This document shows, piece after piece, positions 19,401 through 28,800 of a DNA stretch of 38,563 nt. A model generated the notes under the pieces. The model saw only the letters and a list, made by a program, of their open reading frames with translations, was not told where the DNA came from and ran no database searches. Location: positions 1 to 38,563 of the forward strand of contig CAXHAT010000064.1 in NCBI GenBank assembly GCA_964014485.1, written 5' to 3'. Position 1 is the first letter of the stretch. Each line of letters opens with the position of its first letter. A program made the translations under genes and the position numbers. The DNA is from an uncultured Deferribacteres bacterium (GTDB lineage Bacteria > Zhuqueibacterota > Zhuqueibacteria > Zhuqueibacterales > Geothermadaptataceae).

Positions 19401-19739
19401 CGCAAATCCGCCGGTAAAATTGACCGTCGTCGTCTGATCGATGCTAACGCGTACATTCGTTTGCGTAACCGCACCGTATCCGATAATGTGTGCGCGAACC
19501 GAATAAGAGCCTGGCGGAATATTCAGAATGAAATACTCGCCTTTGACGTTCGTTGCGGCGCCCAAGTTCGTGCCAACGATGGTCACGTTCACAGCAGGCA
19601 ACGATTCGCCGGATTCCTTGTCAACGACTTTGCCGACAATTTTACCGGTCGTTCCGGCGAAAGCGCCGCCGGACAAACCGATCACCAGGAAAAGAGCAAG
19701 TGTAACCGCGCCCAACAGTTTGGTTCGGGATACCTTCAT
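16410..19739 (-). CDS. TonB-dependent receptor with N-terminal carboxypeptidase-regulatory-like domain
   Basis: Signal peptide; GTTGKIVGKVVDKESGESLPAVNV...GAAT...GEYFILNIPPGSY; plug NIRGG...QIDG...TGGFNAEYGNVRSGLINVVTK; barrel ending PRTAVFGVRVSF; GAGGT RBS. Confidence 0.92.
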   Translation of the reverse strand: MKVSRTKLLGAVTLALFLVIGLSGGAFAGTTGKIVGKVVDKESGESLPAVNVTIVGTNLGAATNVKGEYFILNIPPGSYSVRAHIIGYGAVTQTNVRVSIDQTTTVNFTGGFALAQEVIAGQEVTIVSERPVVQPDVSANIANVSSTEIENIPITSVTEAIDLQAGIEPGLNIRGGGAGQLSFQIDGLTLRNGRDNTPFTTISYTSIDEFQVQTGGFNAEYGNVRSGLINVVTKDAPRDRYTADALVRYQPARKMNFGPGPKDANGYWIRPYLDSDISGVGTAGGPWDRYTQRQYPDFDGWNLISQNLADDGDPSNDLSVAQLQEIFKYHHRKDTDVNIPTYELDATVGGPLIPGGSSKLGNARFIVSYRGTQTPYFYPQAAVLGDQLGSTAGYPDPVESGRDAFRDDLVQGKITVDLKPTMKVNLQGLWAKATGQAFGAFSTVNNPNPQPGGIGPYSWSDHGMLSDNADHVGRSAIFGTDRYSIADVENTMFGASFTHTLNPSTFYELSLNRLETNYDSHPSRRRDFSSAFTVGGTSLDEAPFGWTSNGTNSIGSGLRLGGHWARARDTSRVAVYTGKFDITSQLNRISQFKAGVEVIYSDYDMTYGSDDSVIVHLERSNQQWQREPIQGAAYVQNKLEFKGMIANLGVRMDYFDPGGDWWIYGAYDRSFTAKNKNTRDELLETAPTDKQLTLSPRLGVSFPITVDSKLYFNYGFFRQMLTSRELYQIERQWLGNIGNIGDPNQPMPRTIAYELGYDHNLFDQYLLRVSGYYRDNELQPRSVQFTSIDAAVNYNVSQPLNYSDVRGFEITLNKIRGKWLRGFVNYTFMQFKSGNFAFGQQLENTVDQRNYERTSTDHYQNKPVSQPYASFNLEFLTPQNYGPSNLLGDFRVSFLGGWRAGQSFTWAGDEGATIPGLQNNIRMKDFLSLDLRISKNIATTSSGRAQLFLDVNNIFNIKQMYFNPFNVYGGPFESSTSRDFGQYMGSLHLPESTYKDLQDSEKPLWIPGNDRPGSFRKDGVAFVPIEVRGSQASLPSADDIGALEANRRVLGYATDSGTYYELVNGAWQQADAGFVKQVLNDKAYIDMPNEIHRTFLNPRTAVFGVRVSF

Positions 19740-19819
19740 ACCTCTTACCTCTCCTCTCGTTTTGGGTTAAATGGCAGGTTATCTTAAACCTGTTCAGGCT
19801 AAATCTCCTCAAATAAAGC

Positions 19820-19831
19820 TTAAACGTTTAA
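19820..19831. promoter_or_regulatory. Candidate LacI-type operator upstream of the TonB receptor
   Basis: Perfect palindrome TTAAACGTTTAA about 80 bp upstream of the start codon; AAACGTTT core resembles LacI-family operators. The AT-rich context weakens the call. Confidence 0.4.
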
Positions 19832-19951
19832 ATAAAATCAGCAAATGAAGATTTGTAAAGAGAAAAATCACCGAAAATTAAAAATTCGCTAATTTTAGCG
19901 AGTTTATTTTCAGAATGATGGGAGCGTCTTCAACCAGATTAAGTGTGAGAC

Positions 19952-20719
19952 TTACTCAAAATCCTTTGCTGTGCGCAGGCGCAGCATTCTCAACAGCCAA
20001 TAAATTGCAACGGCGGCAACAAAATGTTTTGCCGTGTGCCCGCTAAAAATTATCGCCGAATCATAAAACGCATAATCAAAAGTTTCGGCCAATTTCGCCG
20101 CACCATATAAAAAAACAGCGATCATGAAATCATATCCGCGAGTAAAACGGGCAGGAAACATCAGTAAGATAAGCGGGATTAGAATCAGTGGAAGGAGTTG
20201 TACCACTGCGTAGAATCGCAAATCCCCAGCTCCTTGCAGTTCAGACCAGAACCAGTAAAAAACGCTGGTGCAGCCAACAGTAACCAGCGGAATCAAGCTC
20301 AAACGTCCCCACTTTTCGTTGATCCGTTCACACCAGATCGCGGCAAAAAGCCCCATAAATGCGACGCTCATCGGCAGCCGATCCCAGACGAGAGAAGCGT
20401 TATCCGGCACCCAGTGATAATACGCCGACCCAAAGCCAGTGAAAAACACCCCCACAAAAAACGCCAGGTATGCTTGCCGAGCAGACGACCCAAGATGCGA
20501 CGCCTTGTTTCTTCGCACTCTCAAAAACCCGAGCGCACCGATCATCAAAAACGGCAGATTGGACGCCACATTCCAGAAATTCGAAATGCCCAAAAGCGCT
20601 CTCTTGTCAGCAAAGGCGTGATAGGCAAGACTTTGCGGCAATGGTTCAAGCGAAAAAACTGCGCCAATGCCGGCAAAAGCAAAGACGAGCAAAAAAATCA
20701 CACGTACGCGGATTTGCAT
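19952..20719 (-). CDS. Alkaline ceramidase-like (CREST superfamily) membrane hydrolase
   Basis: About 7 hydrophobic segments; YHAFADKR, NVASNLPF, GSAYYH...WDRLPM and SGHTAKH motifs. Confidence 0.8.
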   Translation of the reverse strand: MQIRVRVIFLLVFAFAGIGAVFSLEPLPQSLAYHAFADKRALLGISNFWNVASNLPFLMIGALGFLRVRRNKASHLGSSARQAYLAFFVGVFFTGFGSAYYHWVPDNASLVWDRLPMSVAFMGLFAAIWCERINEKWGRLSLIPLVTVGCTSVFYWFWSELQGAGDLRFYAVVQLLPLILIPLILLMFPARFTRGYDFMIAVFLYGAAKLAETFDYAFYDSAIIFSGHTAKHFVAAVAIYWLLRMLRLRTAKDFE

Positions 20720-20729
20720 GGTCTGCGAA

Positions 20730-21551
20730 CTAAACAAAAAAATCTGCGATTAATTCTTTATCCGGCACTTCTGCGTACTTGCTGAAATCCGTGACGCCTT
20801 CATGCTTCAACACATCTTCATCGATAAAAAAATTGCCTGTGCACTCGCGGCTGTTTTTACAAAAAATCGCAAAAGCGGCGTCGGACATGATATCCACGCT
20901 CCGACTGCGCTTCATCATCTCGTCGCCTCCAAGAATATTTTTCACCGCAGCGGTTTTAATGGCTGTGCGCGGCCAAAGCGCGTTGAAAGCAACGCCCTCG
21001 TTGCGAAATTCACCCGCCATGCCGAGAACGCACATGCTCATACCGAATTTGGCCATGGTATAAGCGACGTTTGGTGCGAACCAGCGCTCTTCCATATTTA
21101 ACGGCGGCGAAAGATTCAACACGTGCGGGTTTTCCGCTTTTAGCAGATGCGGCAAACAAGCCTGGGTGGTCAAAAATGTGCCGCGCGTGTTAATATTGTG
21201 CATCAAATCGTAGCGTTTCATTTGTGTTTTCAGCGTGCCGGTTAATTGAATTGCGCTGGCGTTGTTCACCAAAATATCAATACCGCCAAACGCGTCGACC
21301 GCCTTCTCAACAGCGTCATAAACCTGTTCTTCAAATCGAATATCGACCTGTAAAGGAAGACCTTTTCCGCCAGCCTGCTCCATTTCTTCCGCCGCCGTAA
21401 AAATGGTGCCCGGAAGCTTCGGGTGCGGCTGAGTTGTTTTGGCTGCGACGACGATATTGGCGCCTGCTTGCGCCATACGCAAACCAATCGCCTTGCCGAT
21501 GCCTCGACTGGCTCCGGTAATAAAAACGGTTTTTCCTTTAAAATAGCTCAT
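20730..21551 (-). CDS. Short-chain dehydrogenase/reductase, HSDL2-like
   Basis: TGASRGIG, AAKTTQPHPKLPGTI, NNASAI, NLSPP, YTMAK catalytic YxxxK, NALWPRT. Confidence 0.92.
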   Translation of the reverse strand: MSYFKGKTVFITGASRGIGKAIGLRMAQAGANIVVAAKTTQPHPKLPGTIFTAAEEMEQAGGKGLPLQVDIRFEEQVYDAVEKAVDAFGGIDILVNNASAIQLTGTLKTQMKRYDLMHNINTRGTFLTTQACLPHLLKAENPHVLNLSPPLNMEERWFAPNVAYTMAKFGMSMCVLGMAGEFRNEGVAFNALWPRTAIKTAAVKNILGGDEMMKRSRSVDIMSDAAFAIFCKNSRECTGNFFIDEDVLKHEGVTDFSKYAEVPDKELIADFFV

Positions 21552-21636
21552 AACACAAATCCTTTTCGATTAAATTTTTTCATGTTGCAGCCGATTGCGG
21601 TAACAGGCGACATTTTCTTGAGAACATGAAGTCCAC

Positions 21637-21681
21637 AAAAAAAGCGGAACGCCTTCTTGTGAAGATAGGCGATCCGCTTTT
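21637..21681 (-). terminator. Intrinsic terminator downstream of the metalloprotease
   Basis: AAAAAAAGCGGAACGCCT...AGGCGATCCGCTTTT stem-loop with a T7 tract on the minus strand; a second hairpin CTCCGGTC/GACCGGAG lies at 21695-21728. Confidence 0.7.
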
Positions 21682-21754
21682 GTATTTTTCATTTCTCCGG
21701 TCAAGAATCAAACGATTCGCGACCGGAGTATGTGAAATTTGTTAGAAATATCGA

Positions 21755-24424
21755 TTACATCCCCATTTGTCGATTGAGCCCGGCCTGAAGAGCCGCCTCA
21801 ATCCGCGCCTGTGACTCTTCGAGATGCGCCTTGGTGTAAGCGTCGATGCTGCCGCTGGAAACGGCCTGCTCGATTTGGCTTTTTAACTGGCTCAAATCCG
21901 CGCGCGCCATGGTACAAGCGTCTTCCGGCACGCCGCGTCCCGGCTTCACAACCAATGCGACCAACTTCGCCAAATGCCGGCGTTGCAGATTGCGGCGGAA
22001 ACTATTGATATTCGAATAATTTTCAACCTCCGCCCAAACCGCGTTGCGAACTTCGCTAAACATATCCGCCATGGTGAATTTCTCACTGCCGTTGAAGCGC
22101 AGCTCAATATCAACCATCCGGCTGAGCAACAACGGGTTGTAAAGATGGTTCAGCGGGAAAGACTGAATCGAAAGAATCGCATCATGCACAGGGTAATCGA
22201 TGCGGCGCGCGTTCCAAACGGAACCGCTGAAATCGGAGAATCGCTCCGGAGCCAGTTTGTTCAACATCTCAGCAGAAAAATTGAACGCGTCCGGCCCAAG
22301 AATGTGGGTCGTCAGAAAATCGAGCGCTTCACGTTGTTTTGTCGCAGACACCGGCTCAAACGGCATACGTCCGTTCGGGTCGCCGATATGGTCGCGATTG
22401 TGATAGAGTCCGCCGATGTATTTTGGAACGCTGTAGGCCGCCGTGTAGTACTCTCCCAACCCTTGCTGAAAGACGCGGCGCAGTTTTTGGTAACGACCGC
22501 CTTTTTTCTCAAACTGTGACTCCATGCCGCCCCAAAGCTCATTTGAAAGCTCCAAACGCGTTTTGAACCAAGCGATTGGATCAGCGCCCATGTCATAACG
22601 GTTTGCCCTTGGATCAATGCCACGGGGGCCAAAAAATGCATCTTCGTCGGTGCCGTAGGTCAACTTGGGATCAGCGACCTTTGAAGCGATGCGTTCCAAC
22701 ATTGCTTTTTCGCTTTCCGAACTATTCGCATCAACCGGCTTGTAGGCGTACTCAATCGCCCAATAATCGTAGGTGCCGAGGGTATTGTGAAAAAAGACGC
22801 CCTGGTTCTCGCCTTTTCGCGCAATGTTGACCGGATTATAATCCATGACAGAACCGGTCAAGCCTTCCGCTGTCGTCGTTTCTACGTTTTGCAATTCATC
22901 GAGAGAGTGCGTCGTACTGGCTTTGAAATTGTGTCGCAAACCAAGTGTGTGTCCAACTTCGTGGGCGACAAGGTCAACCAGAGCGTTGTGAATGTATTCC
23001 TGCACGTCGACTTTGCCGTTCGCCGCACTACGCGCCGTCAACAGACTCCAACCGAAAGCGACTTGCTTCGCCTTGCCGTCGGCGTAATCGCATGCGCCGG
23101 GGCCGTATTTTTTGTAAAGACCGTTGGCAGCGGCGATTGAATCGCCACGAGCGACGGGCGTGGTGAATTCATCGTGTTCAGTGAACATGTAACGCACATA
23201 GTCGGCGCTAATGCGTATGTCTGCGTCATAAAGTTCGCCGGTGAACGGGTTGGTGCGAGACGGCCCTACCGCATATCCGCCGCCCGGCTGGACGATCCAG
23301 CGTATGGTGCTGTAACGAACATCGGCGGGATCCCAAGTCGCGTCATCGGGCATCTGTTTGACGACAACCGCGTCCCGAAAACCGATTTTCTCAAAGGCTG
23401 TGTTCCAAAGAAGCGTACCCTCACGAACAGCGTCGCGATACTCGACCGGCACCGTGTTTTCAATCCAGAAAACGATCGGTTTCTTGGGCGGAGAAACATC
23501 AAAGCGCGGCTCGGCTTTTTCCAGATGCCAGCGATTGACATAGCGCACGTACGGCGTTTCGCGCAGCGCGGAAGTGTAATCCTGGTGCATGGTCAAAAAA
23601 TGGCCGACGCGGTCATCGCCGTGACGCGGTTTGAAATTGCTTTCGGGGATTTCGGCAAGGCTGTAATGATAAACGTGTTGAAAACTGCGCGCGTCCGGGA
23701 TTGTCGGCACGCCGCGCGGATTCGAGCTTTTGAAGTTCAACGACACTTCAATTTCAGAATTGTGCGGGAATGACTTCAACATGCTAAAATAGCTGTTAGA
23801 CTTGTCAAAGCTGTAGCGCGGTTTTTTAATGAATTCATTGAAAATATAGCCGACTTGCCCGACGTCTTGCACAAAAAGGCTGGCGGGATTAATCAGCAGA
23901 CTGCCGCGTTCAGGGTGCGGCTGGCTCTCAATTTTTGCATTTCCAACAATAGAATTCGGCAGCCCTCGCTTCACGGCGCGGCTTAAAGCGGCTTCTTCAT
24001 CGGCGCGAAAATAGACGTTTTTGTGGATGAACTGCACGTTCATGCCGACGCGTTTCAAGATAAACGGGAAATCGCCCATCATCGAAGAAGAATCGAAATA
24101 ATACCCGTCGCCCGCTTCCCGCGTAATCGCGCAAAGGTACAGCTTCTCAAACTGCTCAGGCTTGATTTCCATATAAACCTTGCCTTCGTCAGCATTGCGA
24201 TAAAAAGTAAAAAGCCCTTCGATGACCTCATAATCTTCCACTAGTTCATCAAAGGGCTTTCCGGGCTTTTTCTTTTCTTTCTTCTTCTCAACTGCTTCGG
24301 CTTTCTTTTCGGCTTTTGGCGCTTCACTCGCCGCCGCTTTGGGCTGCTCCTGCGTGACGCCGTTAATCGTGAAAGCCACGACGGTTAATAGAACCATGTA
24401 CAACGCGAACCACCTTTTCCTCAT
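21755..24424 (-). CDS. Secreted zinc-dependent metalloprotease (metzincin; DUF5117/DUF4953-type architecture)
   Basis: Signal peptide; DDRVGHF, KKPIVFWIE, HEVGHTLGLRHNF zinc motif, SVMDY Met-turn, YDYWAIEYAY. Confidence 0.9.
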   Translation of the reverse strand: MRKRWFALYMVLLTVVAFTINGVTQEQPKAAASEAPKAEKKAEAVEKKKEKKKPGKPFDELVEDYEVIEGLFTFYRNADEGKVYMEIKPEQFEKLYLCAITREAGDGYYFDSSSMMGDFPFILKRVGMNVQFIHKNVYFRADEEAALSRAVKRGLPNSIVGNAKIESQPHPERGSLLINPASLFVQDVGQVGYIFNEFIKKPRYSFDKSNSYFSMLKSFPHNSEIEVSLNFKSSNPRGVPTIPDARSFQHVYHYSLAEIPESNFKPRHGDDRVGHFLTMHQDYTSALRETPYVRYVNRWHLEKAEPRFDVSPPKKPIVFWIENTVPVEYRDAVREGTLLWNTAFEKIGFRDAVVVKQMPDDATWDPADVRYSTIRWIVQPGGGYAVGPSRTNPFTGELYDADIRISADYVRYMFTEHDEFTTPVARGDSIAAANGLYKKYGPGACDYADGKAKQVAFGWSLLTARSAANGKVDVQEYIHNALVDLVAHEVGHTLGLRHNFKASTTHSLDELQNVETTTAEGLTGSVMDYNPVNIARKGENQGVFFHNTLGTYDYWAIEYAYKPVDANSSESEKAMLERIASKVADPKLTYGTDEDAFFGPRGIDPRANRYDMGADPIAWFKTRLELSNELWGGMESQFEKKGGRYQKLRRVFQQGLGEYYTAAYSVPKYIGGLYHNRDHIGDPNGRMPFEPVSATKQREALDFLTTHILGPDAFNFSAEMLNKLAPERFSDFSGSVWNARRIDYPVHDAILSIQSFPLNHLYNPLLLSRMVDIELRFNGSEKFTMADMFSEVRNAVWAEVENYSNINSFRRNLQRRHLAKLVALVVKPGRGVPEDACTMARADLSQLKSQIEQAVSSGSIDAYTKAHLEESQARIEAALQAGLNRQMGM

Positions 24425-24758
24425 AACGTACTCCTTTGTTTAGATGAGAGGGTTGCGGGGGGTTAATTTATCGTAGAAACGATTTCACATTTTATCTAAG
24501 CGTCAAAAGCACCCAAATTGAAAAGCCCAAAATCATTACCTGATGTTGCACTAATCCAGCCTCAGAGCGCCCATAAGAAACAAGTAAAAAATCCATCATC
24601 GAGACGCATGACTAGGATTTAGACCGCATGTTTCAGACAATGGTTGGCGTTATTAAAAAAATATCCGTTTTTATCGCATGTCCCGCCATCCCAAATAGAC
24701 GCCTGAACACCCTGCACGTTCTATTAAAATTTCCGTTTTTAAAAACAGCTCATCGCTA

Positions 24759-25433
24759 TCAATCATAGGGCTTGAATTCTTGAAAAACCCGCATCATTTG
24801 CATAGCAAAACCGCGCACAATCGGCAGGTTCGAAATCTTGATAAGTTTTACAATCAGCGAAGTCGTTTTGTCGATTAACCGGTACGTCTTTTCGGTACTC
24901 GGAGAATTATCGAAAATCCAGTAGAATATGACGCCCATCTTGTACATCCAAAGCATGTCCGGGACGTGTTCGAGCAGCATCTTGCTGAGCTTTTTGTTGC
25001 TCCCGCTCAACGCTTCGCGAAACAATTCTATATTTTTTTGGCGCAGCTTCGTCGATTCATCGCTAAACGGCGACAACGGATGCCGAGGGTTTGAGGCCGT
25101 CTTAAAAAGCGCTCTTGCGATTGGCTGGTACGGCTGCGCAACATCCAAATGCGCCTTAATCACGCCGGCGATTCGGCTTTGCAAACTACGCTTTTTCCGC
25201 AGGATCTCCCTTGCACCGGGCAAATGCTCGTCATAAGCCTGCTCATAATAATAAAAAACTATGTGGTCTTTGGATTTAAAGTAATAGTAGGCCGCCCCGG
25301 GAGCCAAGTGCGCCTTTTGCGCAATTCTTCGCATCGTCGTTTTTTCGAAACCGTGCTCTAAAAAAAGTTCATGCGCCACTTCGAGAATGCGCGTCCGCGT
25401 ATCTTGCGTTTTGGCTGAGATTGCTTTTTCCAT
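24759..25433 (-). CDS. TetR/AcrR family transcriptional regulator
   Basis: TRTRILEVAHELFLEHGFEKTTMRRIAQKAHLAPGAAYYYFKSKD helix-turn-helix. Confidence 0.93.
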   Translation of the reverse strand: MEKAISAKTQDTRTRILEVAHELFLEHGFEKTTMRRIAQKAHLAPGAAYYYFKSKDHIVFYYYEQAYDEHLPGAREILRKKRSLQSRIAGVIKAHLDVAQPYQPIARALFKTASNPRHPLSPFSDESTKLRQKNIELFREALSGSNKKLSKMLLEHVPDMLWMYKMGVIFYWIFDNSPSTEKTYRLIDKTTSLIVKLIKISNLPIVRGFAMQMMRVFQEFKPYD

Positions 25434-25881
25434 GGACTTCCTTGTCTAAGCTTTTTCCTAACCCGTACGGTCGCCGAAGAGACGGAAACGAAAGAGTCGC
25501 AACAGATGGATTTTAAGTTTTTGGTGAAGGAATAAAAGACAGATTTAACCAAATGAATGTTTCCTGATTTTTACCAAACGGCTTTTGAACGCTCCACTGA
25601 ACATAATCTATTTCAATTTGTCTTCGTTAAAAACACCTTTCACAACAGACTTCGCGTTGCTTTGCTTGCTCTGGCAAAGGTTCTCTCTTATCTTGCACCC
25701 ACATTTATTCAATGATTAAGCATGCTCCCGCTTCCTGTTGCTATGACGACGCACCGATTTTCAATCCTTTGCCGAACACTCTATTTATTTGCTAAAACTC
25801 TCGCCGGGCATTGCTTCCATCAAACTTACCGAAAATTCAATATCAAGTATACATTTTACTTTTAAGGAAGAGGAGTCCGTT

Positions 25882-28800
25882 ATGAAATTCCGCCATTTGT
25901 TGACCGTAATGTTCGTCACAATGCTCGCAGCATCGCAGCTCACCGCACAAACACGACCTGTGGAAGGGCTGCACAAAAACACGCCGAACGTCCACGCGCT
26001 GACAAACGTCAAAGTCGTCGTTGTGCCAGGCAAAGTCATTGAAAACGCGACCGTCATCGTACGCGACAGCTACATCGACGCGGTCGGGCCGAACGTGAAA
26101 GTTCCAGCCGACGCCGTTGTACATGACATGAACGGCAAAACGGTCTACGCCGGATTTATCGACCTTTACACCAACTACGGCATTGCCGCGCCGGCTTCCG
26201 GGCGCACGCCGGCGGGCGGTCGCGGCGGCGGTCAGCAAGCCAGCGCGCCGGCCAGCGGGAGTTCGAACAACGCCGCGGTTTACTGGAATCAATTTGTGCG
26301 ACCGGAACGTCGTGCGGCGGATTTGTTCAAGCACAACGACAAAAGTGCGAAAACCTTCCGTGAAAACGGCTTCACGACTGTGCTTACTTTCTCGAATCAA
26401 GGGCTCTTTCGCGGAACCGGCGCACTGGTGCTGTTGAAAGACGGCGAGAAGAACGAAACCATTTTGGTCGACGAAGCTGCTCTCGGCATGTCAATGACAA
26501 AAGGCGGCGGGCGGCGATCGTTCCGTCGTGATTTGAGCAATTATCCAAGTTCGCTCATGGGCGTAGTCGCCTTGCAGCGTCAGGTATTTTACGACGCTGA
26601 CTGGTATCAAAAATCCTGGTCGGGTTACTCGGCCTCCCCCGGCGGCAAAACCGCGCCGGAAGTCAATCTTTCCCTGCAAGCATTGCAGCCCTATCTTAGC
26701 GAGCAAAAAACCATCATCATGGAGACCGACAACGAGTTCAACGCACTGCGCGCCGCCAAAGTGCAGAAGGAATTTGGCCTCAACATGTGGGTGCGCACCG
26801 GCGGTCACAGTTACCGCTGGTTGGACGATGTGAAGAAAACCGGGATGAAAATCATCGTGCCTTTGAATTACCCGGAAACGCCAAAAGTCGCCACTATTGA
26901 AGACGAAGTTGACGTTTCCCTGCGCGATCTGCGCCACTGGGACATGGCTGCGGAAAACGCCGGCCGCATCGAAAAAGCGGGCATTGAATTCGCGCTCACT
27001 TCCTCCCTGCTCAAAAAACAAGGCGATTTTCTCAAGAATCTGCGCACGGCGGTTGAGCGCGGTCTTTCCACAGATCGTGCGCTTGCCGCACTCACCACCG
27101 CGCCGGCTGCATGGCTCGACATGACCAGCTCTCTCGGCAGCGTGGAACGCGGCAAACTCGCCAACCTCATCGTCACCGATGGCGACATTTTCAACAGCGA
27201 CACGAAAATTCACGACGCCTGGGTCGGCGGCAAGCGCTTTGAAATCACCACTACGCCGGAAGTTGATCTGCGAGGCGACTGGACGCTGACTTTGAACTCG
27301 GGCGCTTCGGCGGACACCGGCATGGTCATGCTCACCGGTACGGACGCCAAGCCCAGCGCGGCATTGCGCGTTGACGGCAAGAAGATTTCCGGCGCGAAAT
27401 TCAACGCCAATGGCCGGCAAGTGACGCTTTCTTTCTCCGGCGACTCGCTTGGGCAAAAAGGCATGATTCGCTTGAGCGGCATGGTTGAAGGCAAGGCCAT
27501 TCTCGGCAACGGCGCCTGGCCGAACGGCGAGACCTTCAAGTGGCGCGCGGATTTCGCCAATGAAATGAAGAAAAAAAGAGAGCGAAAAAAGAAGAAAGCC
27601 GCGTCCATGTCAACGCTGTCGCTGGTTTATCCGGAAGGCGCGTACGGCATCGCCAGCCAGCCGGAGCAGCCCGCCGCTGTGCTGGTCAAAAACGCAACAA
27701 TCTGGACTTCCGGGCCGGACGGCATAATTGAAAACGCCGATCTTCTCGTACGCGACGGGAAAGTCGAAAGCGTTGGAAAAAATCTTTCGGCGCCCGGCAA
27801 TGCCGTCGAGATTGACGCCACCGGCAAGCACGTCACGCCCGGCATTATCGACGCGCACTCGCACTCTGCAGCGGCCAGCATTAACGAAGGCATCCAGTCG
27901 ATTTCTTCGGAAGTGCGCATGGAAGACGTGATTGAAAGCAGCTCGATTCACATCTATCGCCAGCTTGCGGGCGGCGTGACCGCGACGCAGTTGCTGCACG
28001 GCTCCGCCAACCCCATCGGCGGGCAGAGCGCGATTCTGAAATTCCGCTGGGGCTCTTCGCCGGAAGGCTTGCTTTTCGAGGGCTCTTTCCCAAGCATCAA
28101 ATTCGCTTTGGGCGAAAACGTCAAACGTAACACCATTCGCTACCCCAACACACGCATGGGCGTCGAGCAGTTTTTCAGCGACCGTTTTCAGGCCGCGAAA
28201 GATTACCGCACAGCGTGGGACACCTACCGCGCCAATTCGAAAAAAGACAAAAATTTGGCCCCGCCGCGAAGGAACTTGCAGCTCGAGCCGCTGGTCGAAA
28301 TTCTCGAAGACAAGCGCATTATTCACTGCCACTCTTACCGCCAGGATGAAATTCTCGCACTCCTGCGCGTTGCCGACGACCAGGGCTTTAAAGTGTGGAC
28401 GTTCACGCACATTCTCGAAGGCTACAAGGTCGCCGATGAGATGCGCAAACACGGCGCAATGGCTTCGACCTTTAGCGATTGGTGGGTTTACAAATTTGAA
28501 GTGTACGACGCCATCCCCTACAACGGCACACTCATGCACGATCAGGAAGTGGTCGTCAGCTTCAACTCTGACAGCGGCGAACTCGCCCGGCGCTTGAACA
28601 CGGAAGCTTCGAAAGCCGTGAAGTACGGCGGCGTGGATCCGGCGGAGGCGCTCAAGTTCGTCACGCTCAACCCTGCGAAGCAATTGCGCATCGAACATCG
28701 CGTCGGCAGTCTTGAAAAAGGCAAGGACGCAGACTTCGTCATCTGGAGCGGCGACCCGCTCTCGACCTACACCATCTGCGAACAAACCTGGATCGACGGC

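Noticed and set aside
25434..25881. Possible riboswitch or ncRNA in the divergent TetR/amidohydrolase gap
   Set aside because: I could not match any known riboswitch consensus or find a convincing operator palindrome by eye; an Rfam cmscan would settle it.
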